This document shows positions 9,038 to 19,669 of a stretch of DNA of 64,000 nt, piece by piece (position 1 is the first letter of the stretch; the number at the start of each line of letters is the position of its first letter). Source of the DNA: a bacterium (lineage in GTDB: Bacteria > Bacteroidota > Bacteroidia > Bacteroidales > P3); the NCBI GenBank assembly GCA_014802725.1, contig JAAVBS010000006.1, positions 94,625 to 158,624 of the forward strand, written 5' to 3'. The notes under the pieces are model-generated. The model saw nothing but the letters and a program-made list of their open reading frames with translations, was not told where the DNA came from and searched no databases. A program made the position numbers and the translations under genes.

Positions 9038-9730
9038 CTACTTTTTATTGGCGGCAATGGCCAGCAGGATGCCCAAAACGACGCCCAGCAAGGCGGCGAA
9101 CAAGACCTGCCATTGCGGCGGCAACATGAACGTAACGGTATGGGCGGGAATCCAGAACAGCGGAATCGTCTTCTTGAAGACGAAATTCCATTGCACGTCC
9201 CAGTTCAGGTTCGCCAAAATACGGCTGAACGGTATGGGCGTGACCAAGGCTTTCAGCCGGCCGCCCTGTTCGAGGATATGCGTATCGCTGACCTTGTGCA
9301 ACAGCATGAACACCGGGGCGAAGGCCGTATTCTGCATCAACGAAATGGCGAAGGCCCCGCCGAACTTGGTCCAGCTCAGGCCGCCCTGCATGGCCGCCGC
9401 CACCGCGCCGTCGGTACAGAAGATGGTATCGCACAGCACGGGCACGCCCTTGCCGAATATCCGCATGGCCATGACAATCCACGCACCGAGAAAGCCCCAC
9501 ACAATCATGCGCGGCCACAGCCCGAAGCCTTTTTCATAGTAGTGCCCCGTGCGCAAGCGCAACGCGATGACTTCCCCAAACGTCGACAATACGGCAAACT
9601 TGACGAAACCGGACAATACCGGCATCTTGGCGTTGGCTTCGAAATAGAACGCCTTGACGCCGTCTATGAAGAAAAAGGGGCATAGCGCAAGGCATGCCCC
9701 TATCATCATCCACCAATCCTGCTTTTTCAT
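9038..9730 (-). CDS. Polytopic integral membrane protein, unknown function
   Basis: 230 aa with several long hydrophobic segments. Its start abuts the stop of the upstream acyl-CoA synthetase gene (9731). I do not recognise a family. Confidence 0.55.
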   Translation of the reverse strand: MKKQDWWMMIGACLALCPFFFIDGVKAFYFEANAKMPVLSGFVKFAVLSTFGEVIALRLRTGHYYEKGFGLWPRMIVWGFLGAWIVMAMRIFGKGVPVLCDTIFCTDGAVAAAMQGGLSWTKFGGAFAISLMQNTAFAPVFMLLHKVSDTHILEQGGRLKALVTPIPFSRILANLNWDVQWNFVFKKTIPLFWIPAHTVTFMLPPQWQVLFAALLGVVLGILLAIAANKK

Positions 9731-11788
9731 TTACTTCTGAATTCGGATTCTGGCATCCACGGCCACCACCTGCTTGGCATTGCCCAAGAGCGGGTTGATG
9801 TCCATTTCCTGAATTTCGGGCGCCACGGCCACGAGCTTTGAAAGCGATTCCACGACCTTGGCGAACGCCTCGATGTTGACGCCTTCCTGACCGCGTACCC
9901 CCTGCAACATCTTGTAACCTTTCAGACGTTCGATCATGCCCTTGGCCGCCTTGGCCGTCACAGGAGCCAAGCCCGTCTGCACGTCTTTGAGCACTTCGAT
10001 GAAGATACCGCCCAAACCGCACAGGATCATGTGACCGAACTTGGGTTCATACTTGACGCCGGCAAAGATTTCCATGCCCGAAAGCATCGGTTGCATCAAG
10101 ATGGCCGTCGTGTCCTTGATTTTAATCATGCGCTCGAACTCGGCCTTCACGGTGGCGGCGTCCTTGACATTGAGCACAACGCCTCCCACATCCGACTTAT
10201 GTACGGGGCCCACCACCTTCATCACGAGCGGATAGCCGAGTTTTCCGGCCGCCGCCACCGCCGCATCCGCCGTATCGACCACGGCTTCACCGGCACGCGG
10301 CACCCCGCACGCATCCAGCAGGATTTGAATTTGATCGGGCGCCAGATAGCCGTCCGGATTGTTTTCGATGACCTTGCGGATGGCCGCCTGATCGACACCG
10401 TCGAGGCTGACCGTGTCGGTATCGGGTGCCGGCGTATGGAACACACGCCCCAAAGCCGAACCGAAAACGACCTCATCCTGAAAATTGATGCGGTTCTTGC
10501 CCAAGAATTCCTCCAATTCCTCGCGGGCCGTCACCACGGCCGGCAATATCGGATAAATCGGCTTCTTGGAATGTTTCATCTTTTCGTCCAGCAACCGGTA
10601 AACGTCAAAAATGCGCACGAGGCCCGGCGTGCCGAAGATAACGGCCATCGCGTCCACCTCATCGAAATCGTTGTTGCAGGCGTCGATAATCTTGCCGAGA
10701 TGTTCGGCCGTTCCCGTAGCCAAAAAGTCAATCGGATTGGCGACGGACGAGCCCGGGAACAACTGCTCCTTCAACGGTTGCGCCTTGACCGGATCGATTT
10801 TAGGCACATTCAGTCCGGCTTTCGACAGCGCATCGGTCAGCATGACGGCCGGTCCGCCGGCGTGCGTGATAATCGCGATGTTTTTGCCTTTCAGTTCCGG
10901 ATGTTGGAAAATGGAAGCCACCGTCATCAAATCCTGACGGCCGTAGCAACGCACGATGCCGGCCTTGCGGAACAAGGCGTCCACGGCCACGTCCGACGAA
11001 GCCAAAGCCCCTGTATGCGACGAAGCCGCCCGCGAACCGGCCTCGGAAGAACCGGCCTTAATGGCCGCGATCTTACAGCCTTTCCGAATGAGCGACTGGG
11101 CGTGTTTGAGCAACTTTTGGGGGTTGCGGATATTTTCAATATACAGCAGTTTGACGCGCGAACTCGCCGCGGGGTCGAACGTCTCGTCCAGATGTTCCAA
11201 TATCTCCTCCACACCCAATTGCGCCGAGTTGCCCACGGTAAATACATTGGCGAAACGCAAGCCGGCCGGAATAGAGGCTTCGAGGATGAAAACGCCCGTC
11301 GCGCCGCTGCCCGTAATGAAATCGCAACCCTGCGGATCCAACTCCGGCATGGGGCCGGAAAAGATGCTGCGGTGGTAAGGCGTCAGAATTCCCGTGCAGT
11401 TGGGGCCTATCAAGGCCGCCCCCACCTCGTTGCAATATCCGACAATCTTATCCTCCAGCACCTTGCCTTCATGGCTCTCTTCACCGAAACCGGCCGAGAT
11501 AATGATGATGGCGCGCGTATTCTTCCGCTTGGTCAACACTTCCACGGCATCCGGCGCATACTTGGCCGCAATGGCGATGACGGCCAAATCCACGTCCGGC
11601 AACTCCGACACATTATGATAACAGTGAATACCCTGTATCTCGTCCTCCTTCGGGTTGACCGTATAGACCTGTCCGCTGAACTTGCCGTCCAGAATGTGTT
11701 TCAACACACGCCCCCCCGGTTTGGAAATATCGTTGGAGGCTCCGACCACGACGATCGACTTCGGTTTGAATAATGCCGGATTGATCAT
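9731..11788 (-). CDS. ADP-forming acetate/acyl-CoA ligase family protein (fused alpha/beta; CoA-binding, succinyl-CoA-synthetase-like and ATP-grasp domains)
   Basis: 685 aa. N-terminus FKPKSIVVVGASNDISKPGG (CoA-binding), a central ligase-CoA domain, and a C-terminal ATP-grasp (GYPLVMKVVGPVHKSDVGGV). Confidence 0.85.
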   Translation of the reverse strand: MINPALFKPKSIVVVGASNDISKPGGRVLKHILDGKFSGQVYTVNPKEDEIQGIHCYHNVSELPDVDLAVIAIAAKYAPDAVEVLTKRKNTRAIIIISAGFGEESHEGKVLEDKIVGYCNEVGAALIGPNCTGILTPYHRSIFSGPMPELDPQGCDFITGSGATGVFILEASIPAGLRFANVFTVGNSAQLGVEEILEHLDETFDPAASSRVKLLYIENIRNPQKLLKHAQSLIRKGCKIAAIKAGSSEAGSRAASSHTGALASSDVAVDALFRKAGIVRCYGRQDLMTVASIFQHPELKGKNIAIITHAGGPAVMLTDALSKAGLNVPKIDPVKAQPLKEQLFPGSSVANPIDFLATGTAEHLGKIIDACNNDFDEVDAMAVIFGTPGLVRIFDVYRLLDEKMKHSKKPIYPILPAVVTAREELEEFLGKNRINFQDEVVFGSALGRVFHTPAPDTDTVSLDGVDQAAIRKVIENNPDGYLAPDQIQILLDACGVPRAGEAVVDTADAAVAAAGKLGYPLVMKVVGPVHKSDVGGVVLNVKDAATVKAEFERMIKIKDTTAILMQPMLSGMEIFAGVKYEPKFGHMILCGLGGIFIEVLKDVQTGLAPVTAKAAKGMIERLKGYKMLQGVRGQEGVNIEAFAKVVESLSKLVAVAPEIQEMDINPLLGNAKQVVAVDARIRIQK

Positions 11789-11810
11789 ATCCTTACAGTT
11801 TTTTAATGCG

Positions 11811-12887
11811 TTAGCAATATATTTTGGCCGTCAGTTCGCCCTGATGCAACATCAAGGCGTTCATGGCCAAAGCCTTCATTTCGTCTTCGCCCGGATAAAC
11901 GGCCACGGGGGCAAGGAACGAAACCTTTTCTTTCAACGATTCCACGAACGGTTTGCCGTAAGCGATGCCGCCCGTTACCAGAATGGCATCCACCTTACCT
12001 TTCAATACCGTCGCCATCGCCCCGATTTCCTTGGCCACCTGATAAGCCATGGCTTCCTGGATCATCGCGGCCTTGGCGTCGCCGTCCTTGGCCTTCACTT
12101 CCACATCGTAGGCGTCGTTCGTGTTCAGATAACCCACATAACCACCCTGACCGCAAATCATTTTCTTAAGTTGCGCCAACGTATATTGTCCGCTGAAGCA
12201 AGCCTTGATGAGCGACCCAACGGGCAAGCCGCCGGAACGTTCGGGCGAGAAAGGCCCGTCGCCGTCCAGCGCGTTGTTCACGTCGATGGCCTTGCCCTTG
12301 CAATGCGCCGCCACGCTGATGCCGCCGCCCAAGTGCGCCACAATCAGATTCAGGTCTTCGTATTTCTTACCGTTTTCCTTGGCATACGTCCGCGCAATCG
12401 CCTTTTGGTTCAAGGCATGGAAAATCGAAATCCGTTCGAAAGCCGGATGGCCCGAAATACGCGCCACATCCTGCAATTCATCCACCACCACCGGGTCGGC
12501 GATATAGGCTTTCGCACCGATTTGGGCTGCCAGGTCGGCCGCAATCAGCCCACCCAGGTTGCTCGCGTGCTCACCTTGAACCCCTTTGCGCAAATCGGCC
12601 AGCAAGGCCTCGTTCACTTCATAGATGCCGGAAGCGATCGGCTTGACCAAGCCGCCGCGCCCCACGATATAGGCGATGTCGTCAATGCCAATCCCTTCTT
12701 CTTTCAGCACTTTCAGAATGGCATTCTTGCGGAACCCGAACTGGTCGGCGACCTTGTCAAACGGTGCCAATTCCTCGGCGGAATGCTTGAGGTTTTTCTG
12801 AAAGACATTGGTTTCGCCCTCGAAAAGCGCGATTTTGGTAGAAGTCGATCCCGGATTAATCGTCAGGATCTTTACGGTCTTTGACAT
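11811..12887 (-). CDS. buk: Butyrate kinase
   Basis: 358 aa. ILTINPGSTSTKIALFE, and the ASKHA fold with VGRGG and HLGGGISV motifs typical of Buk. Confidence 0.9.
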   Translation of the reverse strand: MSKTVKILTINPGSTSTKIALFEGETNVFQKNLKHSAEELAPFDKVADQFGFRKNAILKVLKEEGIGIDDIAYIVGRGGLVKPIASGIYEVNEALLADLRKGVQGEHASNLGGLIAADLAAQIGAKAYIADPVVVDELQDVARISGHPAFERISIFHALNQKAIARTYAKENGKKYEDLNLIVAHLGGGISVAAHCKGKAIDVNNALDGDGPFSPERSGGLPVGSLIKACFSGQYTLAQLKKMICGQGGYVGYLNTNDAYDVEVKAKDGDAKAAMIQEAMAYQVAKEIGAMATVLKGKVDAILVTGGIAYGKPFVESLKEKVSFLAPVAVYPGEDEMKALAMNALMLHQGELTAKIYC

Positions 12888-12927
12888 GACGGTTCTGCTA
12901 TTTTTATTTGTATTGGTTATTTCGCAT

Positions 12928-12966
12928 AAAACAAATAGAGCACTTACTTTTTAGGGTAAGTGCTCT
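12928..12966 (-). terminator. Intrinsic terminator downstream of tRNA-Pro
   Basis: An 11-bp stem AGAGCACTTAC/GTAAGTGCTCT (12937-12966) is followed on the minus strand by ATTTGTTTT. Confidence 0.55.
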
Positions 12967-12973
12967 GATTCTG

Positions 12974-13047
12974 TCGGGATGACAAGATTCGAACTTGCGA
13001 CCACACGCCCCCCAGACGCGTACTCTACCGGACTGAGCTACATCCCG
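12974..13047 (-). tRNA. tRNA-Pro (anticodon GGG)
   Basis: Hand-folded: acceptor CGGGATG/CATCCCG, anticodon loop CTGGGGG with U33 and G37, T-arm GCAAG-TTCGAAT-CTTGT. The alternative register giving UGG breaks the D-stem and U33. Confidence 0.85.
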
Positions 13048-13063
13048 AACGACAAATCGGTTG

Positions 13064-13071
13064 CAAAAGTA
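13064..13071 (-). promoter_or_regulatory. Candidate -7 promoter box (TACTTTTG) for tRNA-Pro
   Basis: TAnnTTTG match, 17 nt upstream of the tRNA 5' end. Confidence 0.45.
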
Positions 13072-13105
13072 GATTTTTTTTCTAAAAAATCCAAATCGGT
13101 CACCG

Positions 13106-13765
13106 TTACGCCAATTCCGCCAACAGACTGATGCCGCTCCGCACGTGTTCCTCCATCTCCACTTTGATTTCGGCCGTCAGCGGCAGGAAGATATCAACGC
13201 GCGAACCGAATTTGATAAAGCCCAACTCCTGACCGCGCAACACCTGTTCCCCCACTTTGGCGTAGGAAACGATACGGCGCGCCAAGGCGCCGGCTATCTG
13301 CCGCACGAGGATTTCCGCGCCGCCCGCCGTACGCAGCACCACCGTATTGCGTTCGTTCAGCGTGGAGGACTTGGGGTGCCAGGCCACGAGATAACGCCCC
13401 GGATGATACTTGCGGTAAATGACTTCACCGCCTACCGGATAACGGTTCACATGCACGTTGGCCGGCGACATGAAGACGGAGATGCGGATGCGTTCGTCAT
13501 CGAAATATTCGGGGTCCTTGACCTTGGCGATATCCACGATAACGCCATCGGCCGGTGCCACGACACAACGGTCGGTATGTTCCGGATATTCCCGGTTCGG
13601 CATCCGGAAGAAACAGACGATGAGCCCCCACAACAAGAAGCACAACGTCCAACAAATAGCGATGAACCATCGGGTTTCACAAAATATATTGATGGACAAT
13701 CCCATCACCACAAACATCACGCCCGTCCATACGATGATGCCGCGTCCTTCCCTATGTATTTTCAT
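13106..13765 (-). CDS. psd: Phosphatidylserine decarboxylase proenzyme
   Basis: 219 aa. N-terminal TM segments, a PADG..V motif, and a C-terminal KFGSR self-cleavage-type motif. Confidence 0.9.
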   Translation of the reverse strand: MKIHREGRGIIVWTGVMFVVMGLSINIFCETRWFIAICWTLCFLLWGLIVCFFRMPNREYPEHTDRCVVAPADGVIVDIAKVKDPEYFDDERIRISVFMSPANVHVNRYPVGGEVIYRKYHPGRYLVAWHPKSSTLNERNTVVLRTAGGAEILVRQIAGALARRIVSYAKVGEQVLRGQELGFIKFGSRVDIFLPLTAEIKVEMEEHVRSGISLLAELA

Positions 13766-13786
13766 AAGCTTCCCTTTTAAGCCCTT

Positions 13787-14617
13787 TTACAACCAACCTA
13801 TTATCATCCGCAACATCACGGCGGCCGGCGCGGCCAACAAGATGCTGTCGAAACGATCCAATATACCGCCGTGCCCGCCCAGCAACGTGCCGGAATCCTT
13901 GAGGCCAGCCTGACGCTTGTAATGCGATTCGAGCAAATCGCCTAAAACACCGACCGACGCCACCACCACGGCGAAAACCATAAAAGCCGCCACCGGTAAA
14001 CCCTTGCACACCGCCCACGCCATACCCGCCACGACGGCCGCTAAAAAACCGCCGCACGCCCCTTCCCAACTCTTGGCCGGCGAAATGCGCGGTGCCAGCT
14101 TATGCCGTTTTTCTTCCTTGAACGAACTGCCCACGATATAGGCGAACACATCGTTGGCCCATACGATGAGGAACAGCGGCCACAGCAACTCCACGCGCCG
14201 TAGCCATACGAGCGAAACCAAAGGCAGGGCCACATAGACGGCCGCCCACAGCGACCATAGCCAACCGGCAACCGAACCAACTAATATATATTGCCTACCA
14301 CACTGTATTACGCCGAGCGTCATGCCCAAAAGACCGACGGCAACCGCTACGGCCACCGTCCATGCCACCGGCACATCCAACAGTGCCAAGCCGCCGCCCG
14401 CATAAAGCGCACCGCCCGCGCCGTAAACCAACCACGCTGCCACGGCTCGGCCGCTCCCGGCAAACAATTGGCGGATTTCATACAGCCCGATGGCCGTTAC
14501 CAAACCGAACAGTCCGAACACCGCCCATGCACCGAGTTCGATGCTCAATCCCACGGCCGCCACCACGCCCAATCCGACGAGGCTGCGGTTGCCTATTTTC
14601 TGAAACTTCGCACTCAT
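13787..14617 (-). CDS. cdsA: Phosphatidate cytidylyltransferase
   Basis: Polytopic membrane protein with the CTP-transferase signature SxxKRxxxxKDxxxxxxGHGGxxDRxDS (SHYKRQAGLKDSGTLLGGHGGILDRFDS). I chose the start at 14617 (MSAKFQ), which forms an ATGA overlap with the upstream stop. The track ORF extension to 14947 is rejected. Confidence 0.85.
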   Translation of the reverse strand: MSAKFQKIGNRSLVGLGVVAAVGLSIELGAWAVFGLFGLVTAIGLYEIRQLFAGSGRAVAAWLVYGAGGALYAGGGLALLDVPVAWTVAVAVAVGLLGMTLGVIQCGRQYILVGSVAGWLWSLWAAVYVALPLVSLVWLRRVELLWPLFLIVWANDVFAYIVGSSFKEEKRHKLAPRISPAKSWEGACGGFLAAVVAGMAWAVCKGLPVAAFMVFAVVVASVGVLGDLLESHYKRQAGLKDSGTLLGGHGGILDRFDSILLAAPAAVMLRMIIGWL

Positions 14618-15297
14618 GCTTCCGCGCCCCCTTCCATCGCCCCTTCCGTGCGGACATACACCTCCGCGCGGTCTATCAGGAACAGTATCACACGCCCCGG
14701 CCCGAATCCCGGCCGTGACTCGCCGTCTATATCCGTCAGTTTGGAAAGCCCCGTCCACACCGTGGTCGAAGAAGAACGCAACGGCACTTCTTTCATTTCC
14801 CGGAAGGCCTCCCGTTCGTCCAGCACGATTTGATCCATCGTGGCAAAAAATATAATGAGATCGGCCCCTGCATACAACCGCCGCCCCACCGTCGCCGCAT
14901 CGAACAGCACGCTGCCCGTCTGCGCAAACAGAGACAGGCAACTGCAACAGCCTATCCGTTTGACGGCCACATCTGACGGCCGCCGGCTATACGCCAAGCC
15001 CGCGGCATCCAAAAGCTGCGCCACGGCGTCCTCGCCGCAAAAAATCTGACCGCTCCAGTCTTCCTGCATCCCCAACAGATGTAGGCTCTGCACGGCCGTC
15101 TCCACATTTTCGCAGTATATCAGTTTACCCCCGCGACGCACAAAGTTCTCGGCAAACAGCGCGTCAGGATAGTCGTTGCCCACCGTCGCCACCGGTTCGT
15201 CCAAATCGATGGTCGGATAAGGATTCTCTATCGGATGGCTGGTCAACGCTTCCCGGATATCCTTCAAGATTTTTTCTTTGGAGGTTACCTCTTCCAT
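14614..15297 (-). CDS. LUD-domain (LutC/YkgG-like) protein
   Basis: 227 aa. The N-terminus SKEKILKDIREAL and overall pattern resemble the LutC/YkgG family that I recall between ftsH and cdsA in Bacteroidota. This is called from memory only. Confidence 0.55.
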   Translation of the reverse strand: MEEVTSKEKILKDIREALTSHPIENPYPTIDLDEPVATVGNDYPDALFAENFVRRGGKLIYCENVETAVQSLHLLGMQEDWSGQIFCGEDAVAQLLDAAGLAYSRRPSDVAVKRIGCCSCLSLFAQTGSVLFDAATVGRRLYAGADLIIFFATMDQIVLDEREAFREMKEVPLRSSSTTVWTGLSKLTDIDGESRPGFGPGRVILFLIDRAEVYVRTEGAMEGGAEA

Positions 15298-15309
15298 ACC
15301 CGTTGTCTA

Positions 15310-17400
15310 TTATAAAGCCGTCATCGAAACCGTCGTCTCCGTCGGATCGGGGGCGGACGTCGAGGTATCCGCTTCGGCCTCCGGTGTGGCGTCCTCGAAC
15401 GGCCGTTTGCCGAAAATAACCTCCACATCGTCGCGGAACATCACTTCCTTGTCGATGAGCACCTGTGCCAACCGGTCCAACTTATCCTTGTTCTCGGTCA
15501 AAATCCGTTTGGCCTCGGCATAGGCTTCCTCCACCATCCCGCGCACGCGGCGGTCTATCGTCTCGGCCGTCTTTTCGCTGTACGGTTTGCCGAACATATA
15601 CTCCTGCTGACCGGTCGAATCGTAATAACTCAACGGCCCCACATCCGGATCCATACCGTAATAGGCCACCATCGCGTAAGCCTGCTGCGTCACTTTCTCC
15701 AAATCGTTCAACGCCCCCGTCGAGATACGGCCGAACACGACTTCCTCCGCCGCGCGGCCGCCCAATGTGGCCATCATCTCGTCCCGCATCTGTTCCACGG
15801 TCGTAATCTGCCGTTCTTCGGGCAGATACCAAGCCGCCCCGAGCGACTTGCCGCGCGGCACAATCGTTACCTTGACCAACGGATTGGCATAACGCGACAT
15901 CCAGCTGACCGCGGCATGCCCCGCCTCGTGATAGGCGATCACCCGCTTCTCTTCCTTCGATATAATCTTGCTCCGCCGTTCCAAACCGCCCACAATGCGG
16001 TCGATGGCGTCCAAAAAGTCCTGTTTCTGCACGGCCGCCTTATCCTTGCGCGCGGCAATCAGGGCCGCCTCGTTGCAAACGTTGGCGATGTCCGCGCCCG
16101 AAAAGCCCGGCGTCTGCTTGGCCAGAAAATCTATATCCACGCTCGCATCGGTCTTTACCGACTTGAGATGCACCTTGAACACGGCCTTTCGTTCCTCCAA
16201 CTCCGGCAGTTCCACATGAATCTGACGGTCGAAACGGCCGGCCCGCATCAGGGCGCGGTCGAGGATGTCCGCCCGGTTCGTCGCCGCCAGGATGATAACG
16301 CCGCTGTTCGTACCGAAGCCGTCCATTTCGGTCAACAACTGGTTCAACGTATTCTCGCGTTCGTCGTTAGAGCCCGTATAGGCGTTCTTGCCGCGCGCCC
16401 GCCCGATGGCGTCTATTTCATCGATAAAGATGATGCTCGGCGCCTTTTCCTTGGCCGTTTGGAACAAATCCCGCACACGGGATGCCCCCACCCCGACGAA
16501 CATCTCCACAAAATCAGAGCCCGAAATGGAGAAGAAAGGCACCTTGGCCTCCCCGGCCACAGCCTTGGCCAACAGTGTCTTGCCGGTACCCGGAGGTCCC
16601 ACAAGCAACGCGCCTTTGGGAATCTTGCCGCCCAACTTGGTATAACGTTCCGGATTTTTCAGAAAATCCACGATTTCCTTGACCTCTACCTTGGCCTCCT
16701 CCAAACCGGCCACATCGTCGAACGTCACGTTGACCGTCGTGTTCTTGCTATCGTAGAGTTGCGCCTTGGACTTGCCGAAACTGAAGATGCCGCCCGCGCC
16801 GCCGCCCATGGGATTGCCGCGCGAAAACATCCTGAAAATCATGATGGTCATAAGGATCATAAACCCTATCCAAATAATCGAGCCGAGGCTTTCCTCCCAA
16901 AAGTTCTTCCGGGTTTCCGGTACGGGTTCCACGAGCGGCCGGTTCCAAAGCGCCTCGCGCGCCGCCGCCGACAGGCCTACGGTATCCTGTGCCCGCGCTT
17001 CCAGCTGTACACGCTTCACGTCTTCGGCGAAATCATCCAACGAAAGGAACTTATACACATAATATTTCCGGTTCGAGAAACCGTCCTTATGCCGCAACTT
17101 GTCGTAAGCCGTATCGCCATACACCTTGTCGTCCTTGATATGAATCTCGGCGAATTCCTTATTGACCACAACGATTTTCGATACGTCGCCGGCCTTGAGC
17201 ATCCGCTCCACCCCGTAGAGGTTCGTATCGTAAGATTTGGGTTCGTTAAAGCCCGTGGACGTCAGTTGCAGATAGATAAACACCAACAGCAACGCCCCAT
17301 AAATCCAATAGATATTGAAACGTTTCCTCGGATTCGGCCGCAACGGCCCGCCTCCCGGTGTCGGATGCTTTTGCTGATTATTCTCCATTTCCTTCTTCAT
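15310..17400 (-). CDS. ftsH: ATP-dependent zinc metalloprotease FtsH
   Basis: Walker [12 protein letters not shown] region, HEAGH zinc motif, and two N-terminal TM segments. The start is uncertain (17400, 17388 or 17418). The track start at 17586 overlaps rsfS by about 200 nt and is rejected. Confidence 0.9.
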   Translation of the reverse strand: MKKEMENNQQKHPTPGGGPLRPNPRKRFNIYWIYGALLLVFIYLQLTSTGFNEPKSYDTNLYGVERMLKAGDVSKIVVVNKEFAEIHIKDDKVYGDTAYDKLRHKDGFSNRKYYVYKFLSLDDFAEDVKRVQLEARAQDTVGLSAAAREALWNRPLVEPVPETRKNFWEESLGSIIWIGFMILMTIMIFRMFSRGNPMGGGAGGIFSFGKSKAQLYDSKNTTVNVTFDDVAGLEEAKVEVKEIVDFLKNPERYTKLGGKIPKGALLVGPPGTGKTLLAKAVAGEAKVPFFSISGSDFVEMFVGVGASRVRDLFQTAKEKAPSIIFIDEIDAIGRARGKNAYTGSNDERENTLNQLLTEMDGFGTNSGVIILAATNRADILDRALMRAGRFDRQIHVELPELEERKAVFKVHLKSVKTDASVDIDFLAKQTPGFSGADIANVCNEAALIAARKDKAAVQKQDFLDAIDRIVGGLERRSKIISKEEKRVIAYHEAGHAAVSWMSRYANPLVKVTIVPRGKSLGAAWYLPEERQITTVEQMRDEMMATLGGRAAEEVVFGRISTGALNDLEKVTQQAYAMVAYYGMDPDVGPLSYYDSTGQQEYMFGKPYSEKTAETIDRRVRGMVEEAYAEAKRILTENKDKLDRLAQVLIDKEVMFRDDVEVIFGKRPFEDATPEAEADTSTSAPDPTETTVSMTAL

Positions 17401-17794
17401 ATGTCGTGATACGGGCATCGCCCCATAATTCCTCCAATTTATAATGTTGACGCACGTCGCGCTGAAACACGTGCACCACCAAACCGCCGTAATCCAGCAG
17501 AATCCATTCGGCGTTGGCGTAGCCTTCCTTGTGCAAAGGATCGATGCCGCAGGCTTCATAAAGCCGGTCGGCCACCCCGTCGGCAATCGCCCGTACCTGT
17601 GTGCCAGAAAGGGCTTCGGCTATCAAGAAATAATCGAACGTCGAACCGACGGCCTTGCGCAAATCCAAACTCCGGATACGTTCGGCCTTTTTGTCCTGCA
17701 TGGCCGCTACCGCTTCTTTCAGATAGCGGGCCTCGTCCGACTTCTTCCGTCCCCGTGCCGGAGCCGGTGTGGTTTCACTCGTTTTCTTTGGCAT
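17378..17794 (-). CDS. rsfS: Ribosome silencing factor RsfS
   Basis: 138 aa. DYFLIAEALS..QVRAIAD......EG....WILLDYG..VVHVF is the RsfS/iojap pattern. Confidence 0.85.
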   Translation of the reverse strand: MPKKTSETTPAPARGRKKSDEARYLKEAVAAMQDKKAERIRSLDLRKAVGSTFDYFLIAEALSGTQVRAIADGVADRLYEACGIDPLHKEGYANAEWILLDYGGLVVHVFQRDVRQHYKLEELWGDARITTYEEGNGE

Positions 17795-17806
17795 ATAATC
17801 CCTACG

Positions 17807-18709
17807 CTATTGTATTCTGAGTTCCGGATCGGCCAACATCTTATCCAACGCGGCTTCCCACGTCGGAATGTATAGGCCGTACACCCGTTTTATCTTCGTT
17901 TTATCCAATACGCTGTACATCGGCCGCCGGCAGGTGGCCGGATATTCGGAAGTCGCAATGGGATTCACGACACAGTTCGCATGAATCTTGTGCATGATGG
18001 CCATCGCAAACTCGCACCAACTGCAATGCTCCTCGTTCGTATAATGGAAGATTTCGATACCCCGCTTATGCGCACGGTGGTTCGCGCCAATCATTACCAA
18101 TAGGGCTTCGGCCAAGTCCCGGGCCCAAGTCGGGCTACCGATCTGGTCGGCCACCACATGCACTTCTTCCCGTTCCCGTCCCAACCGAATCATCGTCTTG
18201 ACGAAATTTTTGCCAAACGCGGAATACAGCCAAGCCGTCCGGACAATAACCCCATTGCCGCCCGCCTTCAGCATCTCCTCCTCGCCGGCCCGTTTGGAGG
18301 CGCCGTACACACCGGTCGGATTCGGTTGATCGTCCTCCCGATAGGGTTCGTCCTGCGTTCCGTCAAATACATAGTCGGTGGAGACATGCACCAGATAGAC
18401 GCCCAATTCGGCGCACACCTGCGCCAACACGCCCACCCCGTCCCGATTGACGGCATAAGCCGCGTTCTCGTCGGTCTCCGCCTGTTCCACATTGGTATAG
18501 GCCGCCGCGTTAATGACGACGTTTATTCGGTTCACACCCAAATAACCCCGCACATCCGACCAATTGCAGATATCCAATACATCCATATCCGCAAACAGCA
18601 TCGGCCCGCCTTTGAATCGTCCTTCCCGATAGAGACGCTGAAGCTCCATACCCAATTGGCCGTTGCTTCCCGTCACCAATACCCGGATATCGCCACCGTT
18701 GTCCGCCAT
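17807..18709 (-). CDS. rfbD: dTDP-4-dehydrorhamnose reductase-family (RfbD-like) NAD(P)-dependent sugar reductase
   Basis: 300 aa. VLVTGSNGQLG Rossmann motif, STDYVFDG, and the YGASK catalytic motif. Confidence 0.8.
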   Translation of the reverse strand: MADNGGDIRVLVTGSNGQLGMELQRLYREGRFKGGPMLFADMDVLDICNWSDVRGYLGVNRINVVINAAAYTNVEQAETDENAAYAVNRDGVGVLAQVCAELGVYLVHVSTDYVFDGTQDEPYREDDQPNPTGVYGASKRAGEEEMLKAGGNGVIVRTAWLYSAFGKNFVKTMIRLGREREEVHVVADQIGSPTWARDLAEALLVMIGANHRAHKRGIEIFHYTNEEHCSWCEFAMAIMHKIHANCVVNPIATSEYPATCRRPMYSVLDKTKIKRVYGLYIPTWEAALDKMLADPELRIQ

Positions 18710-18712
18710 AAC

Positions 18713-19654
18713 CTATATCGTTTTCAATTGTTGTTCAAAATAGGCAATCGTCTTCTTCAAGCCCTCTTCCAATTGGATATGCGGTTCCCAATCCAAACGT
18801 TCCTTGGCCAGACGGATATCCGGCTTCCGCTGCGTCGGATCATCCGACGGCAAGGGTTTGCGCACCAACTTGGAACGGCTGCCCGTCATGGCGATGACTT
18901 TTTCCGCCAATTCCAAAATCGTGAATTCATGCGGATTGCCGATATTGACCGGTCCTATGAAAGACTCATCGGCTTCCATCATGCGCGTCATGCCGGCCAC
19001 CAGATCGTCGATATATTGGAAACTGCGCGTTTGGGAGCCATCGCCGTAAATCGTGATATCCTCGCCCTTGAGGGCCTGTACGATGAAATTGGAAACGACC
19101 CGTCCGTCGTTCATGAGCATACGCGGACCGTATGTATTGAAAATTCGGATAATCTTGATGCGCACGCCGTTCTGCCGGTGATAGTCCATAAACAAGGTTT
19201 CCGCGCAACGTTTGCCCTCATCGTAGCAGGAACGGAGGCCAATCGGATTGACATTGCCCCAATAGGCTTCCACCTGCGGATGCACGGCCGGGTCTCCATA
19301 GACCTCACTGGTCGATGCCTGCAGGATTTTCGCCTTGACGCGCTTGGCCAATCCCAGCATATTGACAGCCCCCATAACCGACGTCTTGACCGTCTTGATC
19401 GGATTGTATTGATAATGCACGGGGGAGGCGGGACAAGCCAGGTTATAGATTTCGTCCACCTCGGCATAATAGGGCGTCGTTACGTCATGGCGCACCAATT
19501 CGAAATAGGGATTCGACAGCAGATGCACGATGTTCGCCTTACGCCCTGTAAAATAATTGTCAAGGCAAATGACTTCATGGCCTTGCCCAAGCAGATACTC
19601 GCACAGATGCGAACCGATGAAGCCGGCGCCTCCCGTTACCAAAATACGTTTCAT
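18713..19654 (-). CDS. UDP-glucuronate decarboxylase (UDP-xylose synthase)
   Basis: 313 aa. [30 protein letters not shown] and YDEGKR are classic UXS motifs. Confidence 0.85.
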   Translation of the reverse strand: MKRILVTGGAGFIGSHLCEYLLGQGHEVICLDNYFTGRKANIVHLLSNPYFELVRHDVTTPYYAEVDEIYNLACPASPVHYQYNPIKTVKTSVMGAVNMLGLAKRVKAKILQASTSEVYGDPAVHPQVEAYWGNVNPIGLRSCYDEGKRCAETLFMDYHRQNGVRIKIIRIFNTYGPRMLMNDGRVVSNFIVQALKGEDITIYGDGSQTRSFQYIDDLVAGMTRMMEADESFIGPVNIGNPHEFTILELAEKVIAMTGSRSKLVRKPLPSDDPTQRKPDIRLAKERLDWEPHIQLEEGLKKTIAYFEQQLKTI

Positions 19655-19669
19655 GCCACTCTCATTATA

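Noticed and set aside
13787-14947. N-terminally extended versions of real genes in the track: cdsA to 14947, ftsH to 17586, aroC to 7643, the pdxA-like gene to 55502, recA to 58131, lplA to 60615 and the OMT to 59599.
   Set aside because: The extensions overlap the upstream gene by tens to hundreds of nt and add non-homologous sequence. Internal starts give canonical N-termini and short or ATGA overlaps.
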